A DNA stretch of 64,000 bases from Mobula hypostoma (taxonomy: Eukaryota): the NCBI RefSeq assembly GCF_963921235.1, contig NC_086120.1, forward strand, positions 9,300,001 through 9,364,000, given 5' to 3'. Below are positions 23,879-37,743 of this stretch, in pieces. The position numbers and the translations under genes are program-made. Position 1 is the stretch's first letter. The number at the start of each line of letters is the position of its first letter. The notes beneath the pieces are model-generated. The model ran no database searches and was not told the origin of the DNA. It was given only the letters and a program-made list of their open reading frames with translations.

Positions 23879-24134
23879 AACACACACAAAAATTGCTGGT
23901 GAATACAGCAGGCCGGGCAGCATCTATAAGAAGAGGTATAGTCGAAGCTTTGGGCCGAGACCCTTCGTCAGGACTAACTGAAAGAATCTTTCAGTTAGTC
24001 CTGACGAATGGTCTCGGCCCGAAACGTGGACTATACCTCTTCCTATAGATGCTGCCTGGCCTGCTGCGTTCACCAGCAATTTTTGTGTGTGTTGCTTGAA
24101 ATTCCATCATCTGCAGATTTCCTCGTGTTTGCAG
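23879..24134. mobile_element. 256-bp Penelope-derived palindromic (MITE-like) element
   Basis: 14-bp TSD TTATAAAGGGT(C/T)GT (23865-23878/24135-24148). Arms 23879-23985 and 23987-24093 surround a single central A at 23986. Each arm has a degenerate hammerhead. Confidence 0.9.
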
Positions 24135-27100
24135 TTATAAAGGGTTGTTACTCTTTTTCAAATGTTCGGAGATTATTTAACATTATATATTCGTCCTCTT
24201 TTAAAACTCCACAATGTGTTGCCTCTTTGAATGCCGAAAAAGCGTTCGATTGAGTCGAATGGAAATATTTATTTAATGTTTTAGAGAAATTTAGCTTTGG
24301 TGTTAATGTTAATAATTGGATTAGAATGATATATAAAACTCCTATTGCTACTGTTATTACTAATAACTGTAGATCCCCTTTTTTCAGCTTTCATGGGTGA
24401 CAAGAGAAGGTTGTCCTTTAAGTCCTTCATTATTTAATTTAATACTAGAACCCCTTGCTATCGCTCTTCATGAAGCTAAAGATATTTATGGGATTTTTGT
24501 GAATGAGACCATTCATAAAATTTACAGTGACAATTTACTGGTTTATATATCCAATCCTGAGGAATCTATTCCTGCCTTGCTAAAATTATTTAATGAATTT
24601 GGAGATTTTTCAGGATATAAAATAAATTTTAGTTAAAGTGAACTGTTTCCTTTAAATGAATCTGTTTCTATATATGATAATACTCCTTTCAAAGTCACGG
24701 ATTCCTTTAGATATTTTGATGTTATAATCACTAAAAAAATAAAGGATCTTTATAAAGCTAGTTTTGTTCCCTTGGTAGATTCTATGAAGTATTTATTTAG
24801 TAGATGGAACCCACTTACATTTTCACTTGCTGGTCGCATCCATATAGTCAAAATAATGGTTTTATATTTATATTTATATTTATTTCAGAATATCCCTGGT
24901 TTTCTGACTAAGAAGTTTTTTTGATTGGATTGATTCTACTATTTTATCTTTTATTTGGAATAATAAAAGACCAAGAATTAGTAAATGTCACTTACAAAAG
25001 TTGAAAAAGGATGGAGGTCTCGGTTGATAAGAACGATCAGTCAATTTGGGTAGACTTGGAATTGAAAACTGTGAAACGGTTTTATTTATCCTCGTTATTG
25101 GGAGCTGCTTTATCTATACAATTAGCTAAAGTTGCTAATTTAAATTTATACCCTGTGATTAAGCATTCTTTACAAACCTGGCTCCAGTACCGTAATTTTT
25201 TTAATATTAAAAAATTTAAACAGTTGTTTAATTTATCAAAATTACTTTTTTAAGCCTTCTTTGAGTGATCCAATTTTTTTACTTCGGAAAAATAAAGATA
25301 TTAATTCTTTTTTTGGATTTATTGAAAGAAGATAGACTGATATCTTTTGAACAATTGAGTGATAAATATTCTCTTTCATACTCACACTTTTTACAATACC
25401 TTCAAGTTATACATTTCTTGCAAAAATATTTCAGTAATTTACCTTACATATTGGATGCTGACCTGTTAGATACTATTACGAGTATGAACCCTTTGATGAA
25501 GGGTTCCACTGGAAGAATTTATAATTTACTATTACAATAGGATAAGCAGCCTTTATTTAAGATTAAACAAGATTGGGAAAAGGAACTTAATTTGACTTTT
25601 ATGACAGAGGACTGGACGCGGATTCTGAAGTTGGTTAACTCTTCTTCGATCTGTGCTAGTCATTCACTGATTCAATTTAAAATTGTACATCATTACTATT
25701 TGACGAAGGAGAGATTGTCTAAAATGTTTCCTAATGTTGATAGTTATTGCGACAGATGTGAAACTGAGACAGCTACACTGACACTCATGCTTTGGTCCTG
25801 TTATATACTGGAACAGTTCTGGAAGTCAGTTTTTTCTACAATATCTAAAGCACTTAAAATTAATTTACAACCTAACAAATTAACTGTGCTTTTTGGAATA
25901 ATTCCTCAAAATATCCATGGTATTTCTATGTCTGACCAACATGTTATTGCATTTGTTACATTGATAGCTAGGAGGGCCATTTTGTTGAAGTGGAAGGATA
26001 CGTTGGCTCCCATTTTGTCACAACGGTTCTCTCAAGTGAAGTTTATGTCTTAGTTTGGAGAAAATTAGAAGTCAAACCTTTGAACCTATGTTTGATTTTG
26101 AGAAAAGATGGTGTTCATTTGCTTGTTACTATCATTTGAGTTAATTGATAGATTTCCTCCATGATCTAAATGTAAATTTTTGGTACTTTTTTTTCTTGCT
26201 GACGGTTTGATGTTTATCTTTAGAAGCTTTTTGTATGATGCATGGCTCCGGGGTTGAACACCTAATTGGTGTTTTTTTTTTCATTTTCTTTGCTTTAGTA
26301 AGGGTTTTTTTTTTCTCCTTTTTGTCACCAATTTTTTTCAATCTTTAAAACAATGTTTTGTTTCTTCAGACATTGTAAGTGTTGCCTACTTCAATGTACT
26401 CTTGTTAATTTTGGATAATAATAATAAAAAGATTTGAAAAGGAAAAGATTGTCCCTCTATACTAGGCCTAATTTGGTCCCATCTCTAATTTTAAATTCTC
26501 ATTCTTTACATCATGTATCTCTATCTCTATCACAGTCTCCTCCTTTAACTTTCCATTTTGTAACTCTTTGCTATATTTTCCATGCCACCAACTGCCTTAT
26601 CTTCAATACATCCAATTCCCACACAAATCCTGTCTTTTTCTTCATTCCCTTGTCTCTGCATCTTCTTTTATATAATTCCTATACTTTGATATCCCAAATG
26701 TTCCTTATGAACTTGGTATATGTTTAGACTGACAACAGTTCTCTCTGATTTACACAGAGGAATATTCTAAAGGCCAGTTCCTGCATTTGGTTTTGATGGA
26801 GTCCACAGTTTGGTTTTAGCCCCTTGATTTCTTTCTTATGGAGGAAAGTTTACTTAAAGGATTAAATTAGCAAAGCTGTCTTGGACTACAAGAACATTCA
26901 GGATGTCAGCGACTGGTGGAACCTCATGAAATAATTAACTCCAGTGGGGCAATTCTCCTAAATGAAGCTCCAGCACTCTGCATCATTGACATTCATTAAT
27001 GATCACCCACTGGATAATGCAAACCCAGGTCATAAATTTGTGAATCCATAGTGTCTAAGGTAGAGCAGAAATAGAGACACTTAGATTTCTGTGATGATAG

Positions 27101-28441
27101 GAAAGGGGCATAGGATAGTACAGAGCAGGAACTGGCCTTTTGAGCTACAAGGTTAATTATCGCTTTAATAAACAATCCTTTTCTGCCTACACAATGTTCA
27201 TCTGTCTTCCTTCTCTGGACATTCATGTGCCTACCTCAGAGCCTCTGAAATGCCTCTTATCATATTTGCCTCCACTACCAACTCTGTCAGTGCATTCTAG
27301 GCTCAAACCACTCTCTGTGTAAACATATGTCCTGCAAATCTCCTTTAAACTTACCCCACTTCTCCATAAATGCAAGCCCTCTAGTATCAGACACCTATAT
27401 CATGAGAAAAATATAACAGATTTATCCAAACCCTCCCTATAGCACCTGCCTTCAACTTTAGAAAGCATCCTCATAAACCTCTTCTGCACCCTCTCTAAAG
27501 CCTCCCCATCGTTCCCATAATGGGACGACCAGATCCCAATGCAATAAATGAAGCAATGGATCCAAGGGAGATGTATGTCATTGATCCCAGTGTCAATATG
27601 TAGATAGATTTAATATAATAGAATGTGTCTATACAACAATAATTTATTGAGATGTACAGAACAACAAGGTCCACATCATGCTGCCTGTTCCGGAATTGAA
27701 CAATTATCCTTCCAAGGAGAATGCAGTTACTACAACCAATGTCCCTGCTTCAGATTACAAGTTGAAGCTCAGCCAGGATGTCCACACTCCTGTTCTCTGT
27801 CAGTGACACTGATTGCTGGCTGTGTGAGGAGGGCAGCCCTGGGTCAAATGGGTTCACTTGCCCTTGTCTGTCCACACTTACTGTAGGGATTCCCACGGAA
27901 AAAGTGGTCACTGGATCAGTGGGATTGGTGCTCCTGATGCCCTCAGAGAAAGAGGGAAAATTGGACCACACAAAAAATGAAACTGTGTGGTTTAACTTTG
28001 GGCAGTTGTGCAAATTGTGGATATAAGATTATTCTTCTCAGTGACAACTTCTACAGAATCTACTTCCTGTATGCCCTTGTTCGAGTTAAACCTGGCCATA
28101 TCTAAGGAACAACACAGCTGATGCCAGGTTTAGGGTCCTAGATCACTGGGTCTGGAAACCATAGTGTAGCCACGTCCATTGGTCAAATGTTGGACCAAAA
28201 CAAGATCACCATGTGAAGAACAGTCACATTTCCTGTTCCCATCCCCAATGGTAGGATTCTTTCATTGGAGAAATTTTGATTGAAAGTTTCATCAACATCT
28301 AAGAAGTAATGTAAAATGGATGAACTATTTCAGAGGGTTGAATTTTGACCCATTCTCAACATTGAGTGAGTGAAAATTTGCTTGATGTGTAACAAAAACA
28401 ACTGAGAATGGAGTAACTATAATGATCCATAGTTACTATAG

Positions 28442-28480
<39 letters not shown>

Positions 28481-29870
28481 GGTACCGTGCCCAGCTTGAG
28501 CTTTGACTGCCATGGCCCACACACTCCTGTTTCAGGTCAAGTGGATCAATTCATTGGTATTCATTTTCAGTTCTCTGGTTGCTGTCTCCATCATCATTTG
28601 TCTTTGTCTTCCCCTTGCTTTCTTCCCTTTAATCTTTCCCATAATTACCATGTATTCTAACTCCTCTTTCCTAATCACATGTCCAATGAAGTTACGTTGC
28701 CTTTTTATGATCTCATACATTATTTCTCTTTTTGTGTTTGATCTGTTCATGACATCCTCGTTAGATATTCATTTCATCCATGATATTCTTTGCATCCTCC
28801 TCAAAAACTACATCTCTGCTGCTTCAATTCGTTTCCTCATGTTACTAGATATTGTCCAACATTCTGAGCCATATAACATAACTGGATAAACGTAACATTT
28901 CAGCACTCTGAGTCAGGTTGTAATGCCTAGTTTAGTATTGGTCAGTATACTCTTCATTCTCGTAAAGGTGTCTTTTGCCATCCCTATTCTTCTGTTGATG
29001 TTCATGTCGCACCTGCCATCTGATGTCACGCAGCTTCCTAAGTAGCAAAAGTTCTGTACTTGTTTTATGTCTTCCACATTTATTCTCAGTCTGCAGATAG
29101 GATTCTCCTTCTTTTTGGATATCACCACACATTCTGTCTTTTTGCAATTGATAGACAGACCCATTTTTGCACGTTCTTCAACAACTAAATCAATTAAATT
29201 TTGTAGTTCTTGCTCCATACTTGCAATTAACACAGTGTCATCTGCATATCTGAAATTATTGATGTTTTCACCACCAACTTTGATTCCCACGATGTCTCTT
29301 ATTTTTTGTAATCTTGTTTCACTGTACACATTAAATAAATCAAGGGAGAAAACACACCCTTGTCTAACACCTCTCTTGATTTTCGTAAACTGACTTACTT
29401 CTCCATCTATTCTTACAGCGGCAGTTTGTTCCCAGTACAGATTTCTGATTAGGCGGAGGTCTTTTGAATCTAGATCTAGAGTTTTCTGTAATATTTCAAA
29501 TAACATATTGTGCTTCGCTTTATCAAATGCTTTTGTGTAGTCGATAAAACAAACAAACAAATCTCTTTGCACTTGAATAGCTCATTCTGATAGTATCCTT
29601 AACATCAATATTGTGTTTCTTGTACCATTGTCTTTCACAAAACCACATTGTTCTTTACCTATTTAAGCTTGTATCTTACTTTTATTTCTTGTCATCAAAA
29701 CTCTTGGAAGTATCTTGGTGATATGACTCATTAAACTTATGGTCCTATGTAATTCACATTCTATTGCTCCAGGTTTCTTAGGAAGAGTGATAAGTACTGA
29801 TTTTTTCATCTCTCCTGGTATTATACCAGTCTCTGAACAAGTTCGTGCTACCTTCTCGATAGTTACCGTT
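28442..29870 (-). mobile_element. 5'-truncated RTE-clade LINE with (TGA)n tail
   Basis: (TCA)13 at 28442-28480. RT motifs FIDYTKAFD, GVRQGCVFS, NFRYADDTVLIA and CYLGS. The 5' boundary is approximate. Confidence 0.85.
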
Positions 29871-30316
29871 ATCCCATTGTTGAGTGATGGCATGCTGCTT
29901 CCCTCCTTTGCCAATGTGCCAGGCGAGCCGGGGACAAAAATAAACTATGCTGGCATAATACTCAGCCATCTGGGTGATGCCATAGCCTGGTACTCTGGTA
30001 ACATGCAGATTTGCTCCAGGCACATTTCTCTTGCTGTGAGGTAAGATGTTGGGCTTCCTGCAACTGCTGGACGTCAATACACATAGGGAGCTCCTTCCAT
30101 CCTGATTGAACCCAAGGGGTCTATAGCACAGATTGTTGCTGAAGAGCCACTTGTTTTGCTACCATGTCTGCAAAACGATTTCTCTTTCTTTTTGCCTTTT
30201 TGGGCGTTGTTTTTTTTAGTCATATCTAATACTGCTAACACTTAATGTAATGCTGACCTAAATGTAATGGATTACACTCTTATTTATACCCCAGGCATAT
30301 GTGACAAGAAGCACTT

Positions 30317-33300
30317 TTTTTTTATTTCAAAATATACTTTATTCAAAAATAAATATGTACAATAAACCATTCAATAACTTTTCATCCTTTACATACGTTT
30401 GCATTATACACAGTACATATCCGTATTTATAGCCACCCACGTGGCACTCCAGTAGTTCAGCTTACCATATCATTTCATTGTTGAGGGGTATACTCCCCGC
30501 CCTCTGACCCCTCCCACTCCCACGGGTGGAGAAACCTATACTGTGGTCCTTCCCCACCGGGCCCTTGCGGTGGCTGCACCAAGTTTCAGTGCGTCCCTCA
30601 GCACGTACTCCTGCAGTCGAGAATGTGCCAGTCGGCAGCATTCTCCCACGGACATCTCCATGTGCTGGTAGATCATCAAGTTTCGGGCCGACCAAAGAGC
30701 GTCTTTCACCGAGTTGATGATCTGCCAGCAGCACCGGACGTTGGTCTCCGTGTGTGTCCCCGGGAACAGCCCGTAGATCAGAGAGTCCTCTGTTACGCAG
30801 CTGCTGGGGATAAACCGTGACACTAGCCCGTCCATCCTCCTCCACACCCTCTTTGCGAACTGGCAGTGTGCAAAGAGGTGGGTCACAGACTCCTCCTCAC
30901 TGCAGTCCTCCCGTGGGCAGTGGGGTGCGGAGACGACGTTCCGGGCGTACAGGAGGGCTCTGACTGGGAGGGCCCCTCTCACCGCCAGCCAGGCGAGGTC
31001 TTGGTGCCTGTTGGTTAGATCTGGCGATGAGGCATTTTGCCAGATGAACTGGACAGTCTGCTCAGGGAACCACCCCACTGTGTCCATCACGTCCTTCTCC
31101 TGCAGTGCCTGCAGGACACTACGTGCCGACCACTGCCTGATGGCCCTGTGGTCAAAGGCGTTCTCCTGGAAGAACTTCGCTACGCAGGACAGGTATGCCG
31201 GCAACGACCAGCTGACTGGGGCGTTGCGCGGGAGTGGGGCCAGACCCATCCTTCGTAGCCAGGGCGACAAGTAGAACCTGGGCACGTAGTGGTACTTGGT
31301 GCCCACATACCTGGGCTCTACACACAACCTGATGCAGCCACATACGAAGCTGGCCATCAGGGTGAGGTCGACATTGGGGACGTTCTTGTCCCCGTTGTCC
31401 AGGGACTTGTGCATGGCGGTCCGTCTCACCCGCTCCATCTTGGATCCCCAGACGAATCTGAAGACAGCCCGGGTGATTTCCGAGCTGTAGGAGCGGGGGA
31501 CGGGCCAGACCTGCGCCAAGTACAGCAGCCCTGAGAGCACCTCACACCAGATGACCAGGTTCTTGCCCGTTATCGACAGGGAGCGCCCTCCCCACAGTCC
31601 CAGTTTCTGTTTCACCTTGGCAGTCCGCTCCTGCCAGTTCTTGTTGCACGCCTCCGCCCCTCCGAACCAGATCCCCAACACCTTCACGTGGTCAGACCTG
31701 ATGGTGAAGGGGACGCTGGATCGGTCGGGCCAGTTGCCGAAGAGCATGGCTTCGCTCTTCGTGCGGTTGACCCTGGCCCCCGACGCTAGCTCGAACTGTT
31801 CGCAGGTGCCAATCAACCTGCGAACTGACCTCGGATCAGAGCAGAAGACGGTGACGTCGTCCATGTACAGGGAGGTTTTCACTTGGGTCCCTCCGCTGCC
31901 TGGCAGCGTCACCCCTCTTATGCCCTCATCCCTCCTGATGGCTTCAGCAAAGGGTTCTATGCAGCAGACAAACAAGACAGGGGAGAGGGGACAACCCTGC
32001 CTGACTCCAGACCTGATGGGAAAGCTGTCTGTTTCCCATCCGTTAACCTGGACTGCACTACGGATGTCTGTGTAGAGCAGTCTGATCCAATTCCGGATTC
32101 CCTCCCCAAATCCCATTTTGGAGAACACGTCCGCCATGTACGTGTGCGATATCCTGTCGAAGGCTTTCTCCTGGTCCAAGCTGACCAGGCAGGCATCCAC
32201 CCCCCTGTCCTGCACGTAGGCGATGGTGTCCCTCAGCAGCTCGAGGCTGTCTGAGATCTTCCTGCCTGGTACAGCACAGGTTTGGTCTGGGTGGATCACC
32301 TGTCCCAGAGCAGACTTGACCCTGTTGGCGATAGCCTTGGACAGGATCTTGTAGTCCACATTCAGGAGAGAGATGGGTCTCCAATTTCTAATGTCCTCCC
32401 TTTCCCCCTTCTGCTTGTAGATGAGAGTGATGATGCCCTTCCTCATGGACTCAGACATACTGCCGGCCAGAAGCATAGCATTGTACACTTCCAGCAGGTC
32501 TGGGCCCATCCAGTTCCACAGAGCCGAGTACAACTCAGCCGGTAAGCCGTCGCTTCCGGGAGTCTTACTCCACCCAAAGGATCGGATGGAGCCTGTCAGC
32601 TCGTCCAGGGTCAGTGGCTGATCCAGACTCTCCCGCTTGCCGTCGTCTAAGGCCTGCGTGATAGACGACAGGAAGTTGCGGGAGGCTGTGGATTCTGTGG
32701 CCTATTCGTCGTATAGACCGGCATAGAAGGACTTGCAGATCCTCAGTATGTCGGTCTGCGAGGACGCGACTGAGCCGTCCTCTTCCTTAAGGTTGTGGAT
32801 CACAGAGCTCCCCCTGTGCACCTTTTGGAAGAAGAAACGTGAGCACGTCTCGTCCTGCTCCACGGTTTGGACCCTTGATCGGAAGATGATCTTGGAGGAT
32901 TCGGCGGCGAGGTTATGGGCTTGCCGGCCCTTCACCTCTCGCAATTCCTCCCTGACATCCACCCCCTTCGACTGCAGAAGGAGAAGTTGCTGCAACTCTG
33001 TCTGGAGTTTACGCGGTTCCCCTCTGCTCCTGCCTTGCCTTCTGGATACCCTTGCGGATGAAGAACCTCTTAATGTTCTCCTTGGTGGGCTTCCCACCAG
33101 TGAACCGGGGAATCAAAGAAGGCTTTCAAGGTTCTCCAACCTGTGTACTCCCTCTCTAGTTCCTCGATGTTCTCTGGGGTCAGCTGCTTAACATTCAGCT
33201 TCCACGTCCCCCTGCCTGCCTTCTGGTCCTCCCGTAAAAGACAGGTGGCTCTCAGAAGGCAGTGGTCAGAGAAGAACACCGACGTGACGTCGGTGGACCT

Positions 33301-34323
33301 GACCGTGAGGGACTCTGACAGGAAGAGGAAGTCAATCCGGGAGCGGGCTGAGCCGTCCGATCGTGTCCAGGTGGCTTGCGGCTGTGCTCCACCTGTGGGG
33401 GTGCCAAAGGCGTCGCGCAGCTTGGCCGTCTTTACTACTTCCCTCAGGAGTCTGGAGGTACTGTCCAGCCTGCCGTCGGCGCTGCCGGGTCCTCCAGCCG
33501 CATCAATGGTGCAGTTGAAGTCTCCGGCCAGAACGACCGGCTGGGACGTCACCAGCAGCTGTGGGAGCTGCTCGAAGACGGCCAGCCGCTCGTTCCGCAC
33601 GGGGGAGGCGTACACGTTGATCAGCCGGAGCGGAGCGCCCCGGTATTTGACGTCTGCTACCAGGAGGCGCCCCGCAACCACCTCTTTAACTTGGGTGATT
33701 GAGAAGTTGCCTCCCCGTAGCAGAATCCCCAGGCCGGAAGCGCGACAATCGTTGCCCCCCGACCACACAGACAAACCTTTTTTCCACCACCGTGACCACC
33801 TCCGGTAGTTACGGAGATGTGGTAGTCCGCACTCCTGGAGGAAGGTCACGTCGGTCTTTACAGTGTCCAGGTACTGGAGCGTGCTGACGCATCGCCCAGT
33901 ACTCTTCAAACTTCGCACATTCAAGCACGCCAATTTAAGGTCTGCCATCATTGTAGGTCTTTTATTTTGGTTGCTGTCCGTCCTCACCCTTGCCATCCTG
34001 AGCCTTCATTCCCACCGCCTTTGTGAAGTTTTCCACCTCCTGTGGGCTCAGGTACTGCTGGTAGTACTCCTCCGTGTGTGGCCGTTCTGGTTCTGGGCCC
34101 GGGAGGTTGTTGGCTTCCTGGGCTGCTTCCCCTTCCGGCTGCTGGGTGCCAGCCGTGGCTCTGCTCCCGGATTCCCGGAGCTCTGTGTGTCTGCTGCTCT
34201 CCGCCTCCTGTACTTGGGGGGTGGCCAGCAGACTTTCCTCCTCCTCTCTCCTCCTCTCCACCTGTTCTGCCAGCCGCTTCTTCCGCTGGGGCTGCTGGCC
34301 TCCCCCAACTCCTTCCTCCTCTG
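30317..34323 (-). mobile_element. Tx1-like L1-clade retrotransposon, 5'-truncated in ORF1, with near-intact ORF2
   Basis: 11-bp TSD AAGAAGCACTT (30306-30316/34324-34334) and a poly-A tail. ORF2 at ~33951-30536 runs MADLKLACLNV..FLQE..GDFN..SDH, WRPISLLNVDYK, GVRQGCPLSP, YMDD, and the zinc knuckle CPREDC..HLFAHC. It has two frameshifts (~33085, ~33015) and one stop (32702). Confidence 0.95.
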
Positions 34324-34845
34324 AAGAAGCACTTAAATCTGAAAAAGGAGGGAATTTCAACTACAACTCATTAGAATAGCGAAGTTACAAAAAAGAACAA
34401 GCCCATGTAGTGTATTTGCAGGAAACTCACTTAAGTGATAATGAGCATGGAAAATTAAAGAGAATGGGCTTCACTAATTTGTTTTTCTCCACATATAAAT
34501 CAAGACATAGAAGAGGAGTTGCTATTCTCATCTCAAGTAAGCTAAATTTTGAAAAAAATATTCAAAATAGGAGATAAGGAGGGCAGATATATTCTGGTAA
34601 GGGGGAATATAGATGGAAATCCAGTTACTTTATTGAATATATATGCACTCCCCAGGATGTGATATTAGTTTCTTCCAGAAAATTACTAATATTATGGTAA
34701 TGGAAACAGAAGGTCTCTTGATATGTGGGGGAGACTTAAATTTACAATTACAACCAAAGTTAGACTCTTCCAATAGGAAAACTTGTGAAACAAAGTCCTT
34801 ACATAAGGATGTTAACACTCTTTCTGAGGATGTTGGACTAACTGA

Positions 34846-35525
34846 GGGGAGGAGAAGATGGCGGCGCGATGCAGTGCGCGCGGCTGCTCCGATATCATAT
34901 TGTATTTGTAAGTAGGATGCCATGCACAATCCTGATTTGGTGGAGACAGACATGAGAAGCACGGAGGAACATCTGTAGAAACTTCTGAAATGCCCACTTT
35001 GCTGTCGCTGCTACTGTGCGATCCAGAATCTCCGGAGGGGAAGGCCCTAAATCCTTGGCTTTGCCTATTGCCTGTCGCCTGGGCTGGGGTCGAAGCGCTT
35101 GGCAGAGATTGCATTCGGTGCTCGATGTCGGAGGGCTGGTCGGAGGCTCGAAGATTTTGGACGGACTCAAGAGTCTGCTGTGGTCGGGTGCTTCCAGGGT
35201 GCTATGTCGGCAAGTTTGCGGTGCTGAAAGCTCATGACAGGGAGAGTTTTTCTTCCTTCTACCATCTGTGTGAGATGATGGATCTTTCGAGAGACTTTGG
35301 GACTTTTTTTTTACCGTGTTCATAGTCTGTTCTTTATCAAATTACGGTATTGCTTTGCACTGTTGTAACTATAAGTTATAATTATGTGATTTTTGTCAGT
35401 TTTTTTAGTCTTGGTTTGTCTTGTGTTTCTGTGATATCATTCTGGATGAACATTGTATCATTTCTTAATACATGCATTACTAAATGACAATAAAAGAGGA
35501 CTGTGTGTCCTCATAATCATAATCA
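34846..35525 (+). mobile_element. ~680-bp non-coding retroposon with a YY1-type head and (AATCAT)n tail
   Basis: TSD TAACTGA (34839-34845/35526-35532). Begins GGGGGAGGAGAAGATGGCGGCG and has a 3' hairpin GAGGAC-tgtgt-GTCCTC at 35496-35512. Confidence 0.7.
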
Positions 35526-37743
35526 TAACTGATATGTAACGCTCAGTTATATTGGCTCGTATATGTCTAGGGAAATCCCACCCAGTACCTGCCTCAACGC
35601 TTCCCACGGAGTCGGTTGCTGTACCACTGCGGCCCGAATCAATCCCAAACATCAATCATCAGCCAGCACACCCAGTACGTTTTACCAAGTACACTTCATA
35701 GATATTATTAAGTCTATGAAATTAATATAAATTCGATACAGAAAAGGAAGTAGTGGAAAAAAAGAGGCGTCAGGCTTATCAAAGTCCAAGTTCTTCGTGC
35801 ACAACCATTGGAGCTCAATCAATTCCTGACGACCACCCGAATCCTGTCGACTCACGGCTCGGGACCACCCGAAGTGATCGACTGGAGCCTTTCCGCACAT
35901 CCGCCGTCCTCCCCATCTCTTCTCCGACTCCCCCCCAAAACCCCGTCCCCAGTCACATGAGACAGCATTATCATCCGAAAACAAAATGATATATGACCAC
36001 CCATTGGCAAATAGCACCCAGCTATCTGTATTAACCCAAGCAACTGTCTAGCTAGAGACTTGCTCAGCATTTAACATAACAAAGAAGCATTCCCCAGTAT
36101 AACATAACAAAGAAGTCATTTTAAATTTAACATATTAAAAAAGAAAGACCCCGTACACTCTCCCCCCACCAAATAAAAGTCATGCCCTCATGGCGTTAAC
36201 AGGGTTCACCAGTGCTCCTTGTAAAACACAAAACCCGACCCAGGTGCATAAAGCAATGACATAACTTCCCAGGGCAGTAGAGATCACACCCTGCTCTCCC
36301 GGTGCTGTATAAGTCAACCTCTCTGGGGGGTGCCTACTCCTCTGAGACCTCTGTACTTCTTCTGCTGACTCTTCCTGTTCAGACACACCGGGCCTACCTG
36401 TCGGACCCTCACCCTCACGGGGACCCCTCGGCACCTGTGAGCCCTCTGCCTCAGGTTCTGCCTCCACCCTCTCCTCCCCCAATCCCGGCTGTAATACAGG
36501 CGGCTCTGCAACACCCTCCCTCGGTTCCCCTGACTCAGTGATGGAAGGGCCAGGAGCCTCTTCTCCCGGCACCGGGGAATCAGCGATCGGAAACAGGTAC
36601 CACACGTCTGAATCATCGTCTTCCGATGACGTATCCCTTTCCGAGGTGGGGACCGGCCCCGTCTCCTTCGCAATGGGCTCTTCCCTCACCCCGCGCCCTC
36701 GCAGAGTCCTCGTACTAGCTGTAAACTCCCATTCGGGCTCTGGGTCTACCTTCACTTCTCAGCCCAGAGGCAATAGGTGGTTCCGATGGAGTACGTTGAC
36801 AGACCCCTTCCCATCCTCGGGTCTCACCCGGTAAACAGGGAAATTCGGCATGTGACTCTCCACCACATAGGGGGTGGCTGCCCAACGATCCGCCAACTTG
36901 TGCTTACCAGGTAGTCCTAAATTCCGGATAAGGACGCGGTCTCCCGGCGATAGCTGGACGAGCTTTACTTTCTGATCATACTTCCGCTGATTCTGCTTGG
37001 TGGCTGCCGCCTCAGCCAACTCGTACGCCCTTTTCAACTCTCTCCTCATATCGGACACGTACTTTAGATATGGCTTCGAAGGTATTTCACCCGCTTCAGT
37101 CCCAAAACACAGATCAATGGGCAACCTCGCTTCCCAGATAATGGGGCGAGTACCCCGTAGCGTCATTGCGAGTACAATTGTAACAGTGAACCAAATGGCC
37201 GAGGTGCTGACTCCACTTACTCTTCTGTCCGATCTCCAAAGTGCCGAGCATGTCCAGCAGGGTCCGGTTAAACCTCTCGGGCCTGCGGGTGTTAGGGGGT
37301 GGTTCTGGATTTCTCAACCCCAAGCATACCCAGTAATTCATGGATAAGCCTGCTCTCGAAGTCCCGTCCCTGATAACTATGGATCCGCCCAGGAAGGCCA
37401 TAGTGAACAAAGTACTTCTCCCATAACACCTTCACCACTGTAGTCGCTTTCTGGTCCTTAGTAGGAAAATCCTGCGCATATCTAGTGTAGTGATCCGCGA
37501 GGACCAAGACATTGGCGGTGTTGCTGGTGTCTGGTTCAATAGACAGGAAATCCATGCACACCAGGTCCATGGGTCCCGCACTCTGCAAATGGGGCAAAGG
37601 AGCCGCCTGCGCAGGTAAGGTCTTCCTCCGGATGCAACGACTACAGGTCTAACAGTATTCATCCACCTCCCCCCTCATCCGGGGCCAGTAAAACCGGCCC
37701 TTGAGTAATCCATAGTCTTCTCTACCCCAACGTGCCTGGAATC

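Noticed and set aside
26505-26580. FHFVTLC peptide shared with a minus frame near 60400, and HVSL, hinting at an ERV-associated phosphoesterase-like domain
   Set aside because: The match is too short to separate from chance without a profile search.
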